Position numbers and translations under genes: made by a program. Positions 28,806-38,742 of a stretch of 64,000 bases of DNA are shown here, piece after piece. Origin of the DNA: Spirochaetia bacterium (GTDB lineage: Bacteria > Spirochaetota > Spirochaetia > SZUA-6 > Bin103); assembly GCA_965208575.1 (NCBI GenBank), contig CBDBOV010000002.1:608001-672000 (forward strand), in the 5' to 3' direction. The notes beneath the pieces are model-generated. The model was not told the origin of the DNA. It worked only from the letters and a program-made list of their open reading frames with translations, and did no database searches. Position 1 is the first letter of the stretch, and the number at the start of each line of letters is the position of its first letter.

Positions 28806-29012
28806 ATGGAACTCAGTGAACTCACCCGCAAGGCAGAGGCCGCAAAGGAACTGAAGGACCCGACGGCGCGGCGCATCGCGTTGCGGGCGATCTTCGCCGC
28901 ATTCACCGATTACCGGATCGGTGCGATCGAGGAGCGGCTCGGCATCACCCACGAGGGGATGGACGACCTGCAGCGGAGCCTCGGGGAGCTCAACGAGAGC
29001 TTCGACCACTGA
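28806..29012 (+). CDS. Small helical/coiled-coil hypothetical protein
   Basis: Strong AGGAGG RBS, upstream TTGACA/TACAAT-like elements, GC hairpin after the stop. Confidence 0.6.
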   Translation: MELSELTRKAEAAKELKDPTARRIALRAIFAAFTDYRIGAIEERLGITHEGMDDLQRSLGELNESFDH

Positions 29013-29274
29013 GCCGTGGGCGGGGCCGGCGTGCCGCCCCCGCCGCAAGAACGAACAGGAACAAGCGCCGCGTCGACGGGCGCTGCCGAGGTTTGCGGCA
29101 GGCGCAGTCCGCCGCAGCCGTAGCGAGGTTCTGCCTCCCAAGAGCGCATGGCGTGGCCGCACGTACCGGTGGCGCACCGACCGCGCCAACCGCGTGAGGC
29201 TGACCGGAGTGCATGTGCGTACGGTTGCGGTGCGCGCGGATGACAGCGCCGCCGCGGCCTTGCGACAATGACGC

Positions 29275-29631
29275 GTGCGCAAGTTCAATACCGAAGGCCC
29301 CATCCGCGCGGACCGGCACTACCACATCCCACCGCTGACACGCATCGACCTCGACGACGTACTCGGTCTCGTTCGCGATGAGAAGTACTTCGTGCTGCAC
29401 GCGCCGCGGCAGACCGGCAAGACCTCCGTGCTGCTGGCCCTGCGCGACCTGCTCAACTCCGGGCAGGCGGGCGACTTCCGCTGCGTGTACGCCAATGTCG
29501 AGGCCGGCCAGGCGATGCGGGAGAACATCGCCGAGGGCATCCGCACCGTGCTCGCCGAAATTGCGTTTCGGGCGAGCGTGACGCTGAACGACGACACCCT
29601 GAGCGTTGACCGCGGCCCCCGTTCAGGGTAG
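29275..29631 (+). pseudogene. AAA-like ATPase, N-terminal remnant
   Basis: RKFNTEGP....HY, YFVLHAPRQTGKTS Walker A; homology stops near 29600. Confidence 0.8.
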
Positions 29632-29635
29632 GAGT

Positions 29636-30277
29636 GTGAGCGTGGCTGCCGCGACCGAGCCGACCCCGGCGCCGCCGGGCACCCAGGAGGCGCTGTCCTC
29701 CCTGCTGTGCGACGTCCTGCCTCCCCAGGGTGCCTGGGGTGACCGGGAGTACCTGTGGCTGACCGACCAGACCAACCGCCTGATCGAGCTCGCCGGCGGC
29801 CACGTCCAGGAGTTGCCTATGCCGACCGATACCCACCAGGCGGTACTCCTGTTCCTGTACCTGCTGTTCCGTGACTACCTGGGGCAGCGCGGCGGCGTTG
29901 TCAGGGTCGCCGCGCTGCGCATGCGCGTCCGCGAGGGCACCTTCCGGGGGCCCGACGTGCTGCTCCTCCGCGACCGCGCCGACCCGCGCCGCCAGGATCG
30001 CTACTGGTTGGGTGCCGACCTGGTGGTGGAGGTCGTCAGCCCCGATGACCCGGATCGGGACCTGGTGGAGAAGCGCGCCGATTACGCCGCCGCCGGCATC
30101 CCCGAGTACTGGATCGCCGACCCGCGCCACGACACCATCACCGTGCTCACGCTCGCAGGTGACGCCTACGTCGAACACGGCACGTTCGCGCGCGGCGAGG
30201 CGGCCACGTCGCCATCCCTCAAAGGCTTCGCTGCCGACGTCGCGGCAGTCTTCGACGCCCCCGAATCCGGCGCGTAA
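29636..30277 (+). CDS. Uma2 family PD-(D/E)XK endonuclease
   Basis: IEL..G, P...HQ, PDV, ADLVVEVVSP, K..DYA.AGIPEYWI.DP. Confidence 0.9.
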   Translation: MSVAAATEPTPAPPGTQEALSSLLCDVLPPQGAWGDREYLWLTDQTNRLIELAGGHVQELPMPTDTHQAVLLFLYLLFRDYLGQRGGVVRVAALRMRVREGTFRGPDVLLLRDRADPRRQDRYWLGADLVVEVVSPDDPDRDLVEKRADYAAAGIPEYWIADPRHDTITVLTLAGDAYVEHGTFARGEAATSPSLKGFAADVAAVFDAPESGA

Positions 30278-30292
30278 GCACCGTCTGCCCGG

Positions 30293-31081
30293 TCAGCGGA
30301 ACAGGTCGGTTTCGAGGGGGCGGGGGATCATGGCGGCGGTGTGCGGGTCGGCGGATTGCACGGGGCCTGCGGCCGGCGGCGGCACGCCCTGGACCAGGGC
30401 GGCGGGGGTAAGCTCGGTCGATTCGCCCATGACCAGGACCGCGGCGGCGGCGATGGCGTCGGCGCGGTTGATCAGCGTGGCCTGCAGTTCGCGGCCGTAG
30501 AGGTCGCGGCTGCCGCGGCGGTCGTCGAGCACGGTGAGGCCGGCGGCGCCGATGGCGATGCCCACGGTGCCGAGCCGCCAGGGCCGGTTGCCGCTGTCGC
30601 TGATCAGCACGCCGACGCGGACGCCGGTGCGGGCGGCGATGGCGCGGCGCAGGCGCGCGGCGGTGGCGTCCGGCGCTTCCGGCAGCAGCAGGGCGGTGGC
30701 CGATCCGCCGTGATCGAGGTTGGACTGGTCGATGCCGGCGTTGGCGCACACCAGGCCGAGCCGGTTGCGGGTGATCAGCACGCCGGAAGCCTTGCGCACC
30801 ACCTCGGTGGACTGGTCGAGGATGAGTTGCACGAGGCGCGGGTCCTTGCCGGTCTCGGCGGCCAGCTCGACGGCAGCGGGGGAGGCTTCGACGCGGTCCA
30901 GTGCTACCTGCCGCCCCTCCGCCTTGGAGACGATCTTCTGGGTCACCACGAGCACGTCGCCGTCCACCGGATGCACGTCCGCCGCGGCCAGCGCCGCCAC
31001 CAGCAGCGCGGCGAGGTCGTCACCCGCCTGCACCAGCGGGATGCCGCGCAGCCCGGTGACGGTGAGGTGGGTGTCAGCCAT
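30293..31081 (-). CDS. cofE: Coenzyme F420-0:L-glutamate ligase
   Basis: [60 protein letters not shown] end. Confidence 0.93.
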   Translation of the reverse strand: MADTHLTVTGLRGIPLVQAGDDLAALLVAALAAADVHPVDGDVLVVTQKIVSKAEGRQVALDRVEASPAAVELAAETGKDPRLVQLILDQSTEVVRKASGVLITRNRLGLVCANAGIDQSNLDHGGSATALLLPEAPDATAARLRRAIAARTGVRVGVLISDSGNRPWRLGTVGIAIGAAGLTVLDDRRGSRDLYGRELQATLINRADAIAAAAVLVMGESTELTPAALVQGVPPPAAGPVQSADPHTAAMIPRPLETDLFR

Positions 31082-31092
31082 GGGTCGGGTCG

Positions 31093-32016
31093 CTAGCCCT
31101 GGCCCACCAGCTTGATGCCGGCGTGGCTGATCGGGTGGCGGCGGTTGATCTGAATCAGCACGCTGGTCAGCGCCTCCGCGGCGGCGGCGTTGTCGATCGG
31201 GCCGGCGTGCCAGCCGGTCATGCCGGCCGCTCGTACCAGCTCGATCACCTTGTCGCGCGCCGCCTTCTTGTTGCCGGCCACCAGCACGTCGCACTCGATG
31301 TCGACTTCCTGCTGCAGCAGGTGGGCCGCGACGTTCTGGAACGCGGACACCACCATGACACCGTCGCCGAGAAACTCCTGCGCGCGCTTGCCGGCCGATC
31401 CCTCGGCGGGAAGCTGCACGGTGCCCACCCTGGGCGGCACCAGGGGAACCGTGACGTCGATCACGATCTTGCCGCCCAGGCTCGCCCGCACGCCGGCCAG
31501 GGTGGCGACCTGGTGCGCGGCCGGTACGGTGAGCACCACGATGTCGGCGGCCTCGGCGGCGGCCGCGTTGGTGGCCGCGCGGGCGGTGGTGTCGGGATGG
31601 CGCCGCCGCAGGTCGGCCAGCGCCGCCTGCGCCTTTGCCAGCGTGCGCGAGCCGATCACCACCGGGTAGCCGGCCCGCGACCAGCGCCCGGCCAGGCCGG
31701 TGCCCAGGTCGCCGGTGCCGCCGAGAATGGCGATGGACTCGCGGCGAGGCGATTCGGTTCCGGTGGGCGAATCGCGTGCAGCGGTGCCCAGGTCGCCGGT
31801 GCCGCCGAGAATGGCGATGGTTTCCCGGCGAGGCGATTCGGCTCCGGCCTGGGAGTCGCGCGGGGCGGTTTGCGCGGCCGCCGGCGTCCCGGCGTCACCA
31901 CCGTGCCCGCCGGCCCGCGAGTCCCCGCCGGCCGGCGCCGGCGAGCCGTCGTTCCCGCTCTTTCCGGAGACGGCCCGGCCGCGGGCCGGCCCGGTGAAGA
32001 TGCCTACCGCGCTCAT
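31093..32016 (-). CDS. npdG: F420H2:NADP+ oxidoreductase with duplicated N-terminal motif
   Basis: IAILGGTGDLG.GLA.R, IGSR, N..AA..ADIVVLTVP, DVTVPL, GSA, VVSAFQNV, E.LT.VLI.IN. Confidence 0.9.
   Translation of the reverse strand: MSAVGIFTGPARGRAVSGKSGNDGSPAPAGGDSRAGGHGGDAGTPAAAQTAPRDSQAGAESPRRETIAILGGTGDLGTAARDSPTGTESPRRESIAILGGTGDLGTGLAGRWSRAGYPVVIGSRTLAKAQAALADLRRRHPDTTARAATNAAAAEAADIVVLTVPAAHQVATLAGVRASLGGKIVIDVTVPLVPPRVGTVQLPAEGSAGKRAQEFLGDGVMVVSAFQNVAAHLLQQEVDIECDVLVAGNKKAARDKVIELVRAAGMTGWHAGPIDNAAAAEALTSVLIQINRRHPISHAGIKLVGQG
31698..31860 (-). repeat. 84-bp-period imperfect tandem duplication within npdG
   Basis: Copies begin at 31698 and 31782; RDS...ESPRRE.IAILGGTGDLGT occurs twice. 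Confidence 0.9.
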
Positions 32017-32411
32017 TGCGGAACGGCGGCGCGGATGCGGTCCGCCTCGGCGGCGAGCGCGTCGTCACCCGGGAAAGGGGTGACGTTGGCGAAGTCCATG
32101 TCGTGCATGCCGTCGATCGGGCTCACGTGGATGTGCACGTGCGGCACTTCCAGCCCGGCGATCAGCAGCCCCACCTTGGTCGGCCGGTACACCGCCTCCT
32201 GCGCGCGGGCTACGATGCGCGCCACCCGCATCAGCGCCGCAACGGTGTCGTCGTCGAGGTCGATCCAGTGATCCACCTCGACCCGCGGCACCACCAGGGT
32301 GTGCCCGGGACGCAGCGGTTCGCGCGCCATGAAGGCGACGCACGATTCGTCCTGCCATACGAAGTGGGCCGGCAGCTCGCCGGCGATGATACGGGTGAAC
32401 ACGCTTGCCAT
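32013..32411 (-). CDS. HIT family nucleotide hydrolase
   Basis: SVFTRII.GELP, PGHTLVVP, VPHVHIH triad. Confidence 0.92.
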   Translation of the reverse strand: MASVFTRIIAGELPAHFVWQDESCVAFMAREPLRPGHTLVVPRVEVDHWIDLDDDTVAALMRVARIVARAQEAVYRPTKVGLLIAGLEVPHVHIHVSPIDGMHDMDFANVTPFPGDDALAAEADRIRAAVPQ

Positions 32412-32475
32412 CGCCGGACAGTGTACATTGCCGGGCGCGGTAACCTGTATCGGTGGCGCGGGGAGGCCGAATGGG

Positions 32476-33420
32476 ATGATTGAACGACTCGAGGTGCGCA
32501 AGATCTGGAACCGGGCCGCGTACAACTCCTTCACCGACCTCATTCGGTTCCGCCGGCGCTGGTTTTGCGCGTTCCGGGAGGGAACCGGGCATCTCTCGCT
32601 TGACGGTGCGTTGCGAGTCATTTCGTCCGTGGACGGCGAGACCTGGAGCTCGGTTGCATCGATACCCTGTCCGGAGACGTTTCAGGATCTGCGCGATCCG
32701 CAACTGTCGATCACCCCCGACAACCGGCTGATGCTGAACGCGGCGGCGTTCCAACCGGTGTGCCAGTCGATGATGTGGCTGTCGGATGATGGTTGCGACT
32801 GGGGGACGCATCACCTGGTCGGCCCCCGTGGGAGCTGGCTGTGGCGCGCCGTCTGGCACCGCGGTGTCGCCTACAGCTTCGGGCGCCACGAACCCAAGGA
32901 TCACCTGCTGCAGTTGTACCGCAGCACCGACGGTGTCGAGTACCGGGCGCACGGCGAGCCGCGGGTCGGCGCCTGCCCATGCAATGAGTCGGACGTTCTG
33001 TTCCTGGACGATGCGACGTGCGTGAGCCTGACCCGTTGTGACGGCGGCAACGCCGTGCTCGGGAAAGCCGCTCCGCCGTACGACACCTGGACGTGGACCG
33101 ACCTGGGGGTACGCATCGGCGGTCCCGCCTTGTTGCGCCTGCCGGATGGACGCACGATCGCCGCGGTACGCCTGTACGAGCCCCGGCAGCGAACCGCGCT
33201 GTGCCGGCTCGACATCGAGAGCGCCGCGCTGACGGAGTTCCTGACGCTGCCCTCCGGCGGTGACACCAGCTATGCCGGCATGGTGTGGCACGACGGCCTG
33301 CTGTGGCTGAGCTACTACTCTTCCGACGACTACCTGGCCAGCATGAAGGGCGCAATCCGGGACCACCTCAAGACCAGCGTGTACCTGGCCAAGGTCCAAC
33401 TCCAGCCGCCGGCAGAGTAG
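32476..33420 (+). CDS. Asp-box/BNR beta-propeller (sialidase-like) protein
   Basis: SxDGxxW-type Asp boxes SVDGETW, SDDGCDW, STDGVEY; FTDL..F, LRDP, SGGDTSY. Confidence 0.75.
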   Translation: MIERLEVRKIWNRAAYNSFTDLIRFRRRWFCAFREGTGHLSLDGALRVISSVDGETWSSVASIPCPETFQDLRDPQLSITPDNRLMLNAAAFQPVCQSMMWLSDDGCDWGTHHLVGPRGSWLWRAVWHRGVAYSFGRHEPKDHLLQLYRSTDGVEYRAHGEPRVGACPCNESDVLFLDDATCVSLTRCDGGNAVLGKAAPPYDTWTWTDLGVRIGGPALLRLPDGRTIAAVRLYEPRQRTALCRLDIESAALTEFLTLPSGGDTSYAGMVWHDGLLWLSYYSSDDYLASMKGAIRDHLKTSVYLAKVQLQPPAE

Positions 33421-33581
33421 GCCGGTGGGCCGGGGTCGGCGACCGCAGGGCGGCCGGTGCGGGGCGCTCTCGCCGATCGTACGACGGCGAGCCGGCAGGT
33501 CGGGCACGACCGGGCCGTCCGACTGCACCAGCGCCGCGCGAGGCGCCGAGCCGCGCCGGGGCTGCCGCCGGTGGCCATGGA

Positions 33582-34061
33582 TCATTCGGCCAGCTTCGAT
33601 CCCTCCACCAGGCGGACACCCGCACCCGGCACCGCGCGGTCGCACGCGGGGCAGAAGTAGCCCACCCGGATCGGCGTTCCGCAGGCCTCGTGCACCAGCG
33701 CTCCGCGGTCGGACAGGTGCTTGCGGCCCCACACCGCGAGCGCGCCCGCCACCACGCCCAGCTCGTGCCCGCGCCGGGTCAGGGTGTACTCGGCGCGCGG
33801 CGGGTGCCGGCTGTAGAAGCGGCGCTCCACGATGCCGTGCCGTTCCAGCCGCTTGAGCCGGTGCGAGAGGATGTTGGGGGCGATTCCGGACACGCGCCGG
33901 CGCAACTCGGCGAAGCGCAGGAAGCCGCGCAGCAGCTCCAGCAGGATCAGCACCGTCCAGCGGTCGCCGACGATCTCCAGCGCCCGCGCCACGGGAGCGA
34001 GACGCCGGTCGCCGGTGGTTTCGACCCCCTCGACCTCTGCGGCTGCCGCGTGAGTTGACAT
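33582..34061 (-). CDS. HxlR family winged-helix regulator
   Basis: ALEIVGDRWT.LIL, RF.EL, L..RLK.L, EY.LT.RG; C-terminal H.ACG..CPAC. Confidence 0.9.
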   Translation of the reverse strand: MSTHAAAAEVEGVETTGDRRLAPVARALEIVGDRWTVLILLELLRGFLRFAELRRRVSGIAPNILSHRLKRLERHGIVERRFYSRHPPRAEYTLTRRGHELGVVAGALAVWGRKHLSDRGALVHEACGTPIRVGYFCPACDRAVPGAGVRLVEGSKLAE

Positions 34062-34121
34062 TCGCTACTTGGTTGCATTCTAATATCGACAGGCAGTTCC
34101 GTCCAGTGGCGGCGCCTCCGG

Positions 34122-34897
<776 letters not shown>

Positions 34898-34898
<1 letters not shown>

Positions 34899-35686
34899 TG
34901 CCGGCGGCCTGGCCACGCCCGCCGGCGCCGCCGGCGGCGGCGCTGCTGCCCACCGTAATCAGCCTGCTGCTGGTGGGCGTGGTGTGGGAAGCGTGGATCG
35001 CGCTGGCCGGAACCCCGGTCTACCTGGTGCCCGCCCCGTCGGCGGTGGCGGCGCGCATGGGCGTACAGCCCGGTTACTTCCTCGGGCAGGGTGCGATCAC
35101 CCTGGCGGAGGCGCTCGGCGGCTTCCTGCTCGGCACCGGCGTGGCGCTTGCCGCCGCCACGGCGATGGCCCACTCGCTGGCCCTGGAGCGCGCCCTGCTG
35201 CCGCTGGCGGTGCTGGTCAAGGTGACGCCGATCGTGGCGGTGGCGCCGCTGTTCGTGATCTGGTTCGGGTTCGGGGTGCTGCCCAAGGTGCTGATCGCGG
35301 CGCTGATCACCTTCTTTCCCGCGCTGGTGAACGGGGTCACCGGCCTGCGCGCGGTCAACCCGGGGGCGCTCGACTTCCTGCGCTCGGTGGCGGCGTCGCG
35401 GCGCGAGGTGTTCTTTACCCTGCGCGTGCCGAGCGCCCTGCCCTACCTGTTCGCGGCGTTTCGGGTGTCGATCCCGTTGTCGGTGATCGGCGCCGTGGTA
35501 GGGGAGTGGTTCAGCGCCGACCGCGGCCTGGGGGCGGTGATCATCGTCGCCCATGCGAATCTCGACACCCCGACCCTGTTCGGGGCGATCTTTACCCTGG
35601 CGGGGATGGGCATCGGCCTGAGCCTGGCCGTCTCCGCACTGGAACGGAGGATACTGTTTTGGCACGAATCGACTCTCATCGTGTGA
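34898..35686 (+). CDS. NitT/TauT-family ABC permease
   Basis: P.VA.APL..IWFGFG, FFP, P.ALPY.F, GAVVGEW. Confidence 0.9.
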
Positions 35687-36849
35687 CGCCCGGCCTGTCG
35701 GCCGGCCCGATCGTCGGCGCCGTCCGGCGAACTCCACGCATCGGTGGGCCCGGCGGTGGTCCGCGCGGGGCGACCAGGCGTGCCGGTTCGCGGAGCGGCC
35801 TGGTGAGCCGGGGACCAGCGGCGCGGCGGCGGCAAGCCGGGCGGCGGTGGGTGGCCCTGCTGCTGCTGGCGGCGCCCCTGCCCGCCGCTTACGCGGGCGG
35901 CGAAGTGGAGATAACGCCGCTGCCGCGGCCGGTGACCTTCATGGCGGGCTTCAAGCCGCAGGCCAACCTGCCGTTCGTGGCCGCCTACGTGGCGCAGGAG
36001 CAAGGCTATTTCGCCGAACAGGGGCTGGACGTGACCATCCACCACTCCACCGGCCAGCACCTGCAACTCCTGCTGTCCGGCGACGTCGACATCACCACCG
36101 CCGCGGCCGGATCGGTGCTGAAGCGGCGCGCCGATCCGGGCGTCCCGATCCGGGCGATCGCGCTGTTCGGGCAGCGCGGACAGCAGACCTTCATTGCCCT
36201 CTCCGACTCCGGCATCGACAGTCCGCGCGACTGGGAGGGCAGGACGGTCGGCTACCGCATCAGCCTGCCGCCCGAGTACCTGGCGATCGTGGATGCGGCC
36301 GGCGTCGACCGCGAGCAGGTGCAGGAGGTGCGGGTCGGCTTCGACCCCCGCATCCTGGTGCAGGGCAAGGTGGACGTGCTGGCGGTGTTCAAGTCGAACG
36401 AGCCCGACACCATTCGGGGGCTCGGCTTCGACGTGGTGCAGTTCGATCCGTCCGCGTTCGGCGTGCCGGCGCTCGGCCTGACCTACATCACGCGCGAGGA
36501 GCTGATCGCCGAGGAGCCCGAGTTGATCGGCCGCTTCCTGAAGGCCGCGCTGAAGGGGCTGGAGTTCTCCTTCTCCCACCCCAAGGAGACCCTGGACATC
36601 GTGCTGCGCTACGCCGACAAGGAAGACCGCGACCACATGCGCTTCATGCTCGAGGCGGAGCAGGCGGACGCGGTGTCGCCGGTGACCGACGAACACGGGT
36701 TGGGTTGGATGACGCTGCAGCAGTGGCGGGAGTTCCACGACCTGCTGGCCCACTACCAGGCGCTGGCGCGCGAGGTGGACGTGGCGCAGGCGTTCACCAC
36801 CCAGTTCCTGGAGGAAGCGTACGAAAACGGGCACCTGGTGTGGCCGTGA
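35683..36849 (+). CDS. SsuA/NMT1(THI5)-like substrate-binding protein (start may be 35803)
   Basis: YVAQEQGYFAEQGLDV, GI.SP.D.EG.TVG, FL.A.LKG. Confidence 0.85.
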   Translation: MTPGLSAGPIVGAVRRTPRIGGPGGGPRGATRRAGSRSGLVSRGPAARRRQAGRRWVALLLLAAPLPAAYAGGEVEITPLPRPVTFMAGFKPQANLPFVAAYVAQEQGYFAEQGLDVTIHHSTGQHLQLLLSGDVDITTAAAGSVLKRRADPGVPIRAIALFGQRGQQTFIALSDSGIDSPRDWEGRTVGYRISLPPEYLAIVDAAGVDREQVQEVRVGFDPRILVQGKVDVLAVFKSNEPDTIRGLGFDVVQFDPSAFGVPALGLTYITREELIAEEPELIGRFLKAALKGLEFSFSHPKETLDIVLRYADKEDRDHMRFMLEAEQADAVSPVTDEHGLGWMTLQQWREFHDLLAHYQALAREVDVAQAFTTQFLEEAYENGHLVWP

Positions 36850-36899
36850 CGCGGGCGGCGCGCCTGACGTAAGCTTGGCCGCCGCAGGGAGATGAGCCG

Positions 36900-37787
36900 A
36901 TGAAACTGGGAGTCGTGTTTCCGCAGATCGAGATGGGCGCCGACCCGGGCGCGGTGCGCGCCTACGGGCAGGCGGTGGAGCAGATCGGCTACCACCACAT
37001 CCTGGCCTACGAGCACGTGGTGGGCGCCAACACCGCCAGCCGGCCGAACTGGCGCGGGCCGTACGACATCGACTCGGTGTTCCACGAACCGTTCGTGCTG
37101 TTCGGGTTCCTGGCCGGCCTCACCGAGCGCATAGAGTTCGCCACCGGCATCGTGATCCTGCCGCAGCGCCAGACGGTGCTGGTGGCCAAGCAGGCGGCGG
37201 CGCTCGACGTGCTGTGCGGCGGGCGGCTGCGGCTCGGCATCGGTATCGGCTGGAACGCCGTCGAGTACGAGGCGCTCGGCACCGACTTTCACAACCGCGG
37301 GCGCCGCTGCGAGGAGCAGGTGGCGCTGCTGCGCGCGCTGTGGACCGAGCGCGCGGTGACCTTCGACGGCGCCTGGCACCGGGTCACCGACGCCGGCATC
37401 GAGCCGTTGCCGGTGCAGCGACCCATTCCGCTCTGGTTCGGCGGCGGCGAGGAGCGCGTGCTGCGCCGCATCGCCCGCCTGGCGGACGGCTGGATGCCGC
37501 AGTTCGAGCCGGACGCCGACGGCCGCGCACTGCTGGCGCGCATGCAGGGCTACGCACGCGAGCATGGCCGCGACCCGGCGGAAATCGGGCTCAATGGGCG
37601 CATGCCCGCCGACCCCGGTTCGGAGAGCGGCTGGGTCGACCGCGTGCGGGCGTGGCGGGAGATCGGCGGCACCCACCTGAGCATCGACACGATGCGCCTC
37701 GGCCTGCCGGACGTGGAGTCCCACGTCCGCCTGCTGGAGCGTTTCCACGCCGCCGCGGCTGAAGCGGCCGAGAGCGGCTCGGCCTGA
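36900..37787 (+). CDS. LLM-class (probable F420-dependent) oxidoreductase
   Basis: MKLGVVFPQ, EHV.G, EPFV..GFLAG.T, ILPQR....AKQAA.LD.L.GGRLRLG.G.GWN..EY. Confidence 0.88.
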   Translation: MKLGVVFPQIEMGADPGAVRAYGQAVEQIGYHHILAYEHVVGANTASRPNWRGPYDIDSVFHEPFVLFGFLAGLTERIEFATGIVILPQRQTVLVAKQAAALDVLCGGRLRLGIGIGWNAVEYEALGTDFHNRGRRCEEQVALLRALWTERAVTFDGAWHRVTDAGIEPLPVQRPIPLWFGGGEERVLRRIARLADGWMPQFEPDADGRALLARMQGYAREHGRDPAEIGLNGRMPADPGSESGWVDRVRAWREIGGTHLSIDTMRLGLPDVESHVRLLERFHAAAAEAAESGSA

Positions 37788-37960
37788 GCCCGCCAGGAGC
37801 CGGTCGGACAGCGCGGTACGCGCATGGCGGCGGACCGGCGGCGGGATCCTGGCAGAGGTACGGGCTTGCTGGTCAGTACGGCGAGAGGTGCGAGGCGGCG
37901 ACCGGAAGGCGAATCGGCGACGGCGGGCGCGATGCGGCGTGAACCGCCGCGCGGTGGGGA

Positions 37961-38044
37961 TGCCCGGAAGAGGACTCGAACCTCCACAGCCGTACGGCCA
38001 CTAGACCCTGAACCTAGCGTGTCTACCAATTTCACCATCCGGGC
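37961..38044 (-). tRNA. tRNA-Leu(CAG)
   Basis: GCCCGGA acceptor, TGGTAGAC D-arm, TTCAGGG anticodon loop, long variable arm, GTTCGAGTC T-arm. Confidence 0.95.
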
Positions 38045-38194
38045 AGGATGAGCCTCGACAAGGTACGGACGCGCCGCGATCCTGTCAATATCCCGACCCG
38101 CCTTGCGACCGCCTTGCGCCGCAAGTGTCGCCGGTGTTTCGGATGACCGGTTCGGCGGCGTCGTCGTTCGCTGATGTGCGTGCTCGGCTGGTGT

Positions 38195-38599
38195 CTATTG
38201 CCGGGGGCTGGCGGCGCCGGAGGCCGGCACGGGCTCCTGGCGCGTTTCACGCGCCGGCGGCGGCTCGGTGGGCGGCTCCGGGCGCCATGGCCCCAACACC
38301 GCCCCTTCGATGCGCGACAGGCGGCGGTCGATATCCGTCACGTCCCGCCTGAGGACGTCCAAGGTCGCCTCCACGCGGTCGAATCGCTGTTCAAATCGTT
38401 GTTCCATGCGGTCCATGCGCTGTTCCATGCGATCCATGCGCTGTTCCATCCGGTCCATGCGCTGATCCATCCGGTCCATGCGGGCATTCAGGGTAGCCAG
38501 TGTGGCGCGGTGCGCGCCCAGCAACGCGAATCCGAACGTCAGAACCGCGGCCAACAGCGTCACCCCGGCGCCCAGCACCGCGATGGTATCGCCGCTCAT
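38195..38599 (-). CDS. Membrane-anchored heptad-repeat coiled-coil protein
   Basis: N-terminal TM helix followed by 4x MDRM(D/E)QR. Confidence 0.75.
   Translation of the reverse strand: MSGDTIAVLGAGVTLLAAVLTFGFALLGAHRATLATLNARMDRMDQRMDRMEQRMDRMEQRMDRMEQRFEQRFDRVEATLDVLRRDVTDIDRRLSRIEGAVLGPWRPEPPTEPPPARETRQEPVPASGAASPRQ
38396..38479 (-). repeat. 21-bp coding tandem repeat x4
   Basis: ATGGAYCGSATGGAWCARCGM units. Confidence 0.9.
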
Positions 38600-38742
38600 G
38601 CCGTCATCACCTTGTCACCGGATGATCCCAGCATTCACCGGTTGAGAGGGTGGCGCCACCCACGCAGCCGCGTGTCCTCGCGTGTCCGCACGTCCCTGTC
38701 GCTTCCTCCATGCCGCTCGGTGCTATTATCTTGCGCACTACC

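Noticed and set aside
34062-34121. TPP riboswitch ahead of the NMT1/THI5-like ABC operon
   Set aside because: The intergenic gap is only about 60 bp and has no CTGAGA core.
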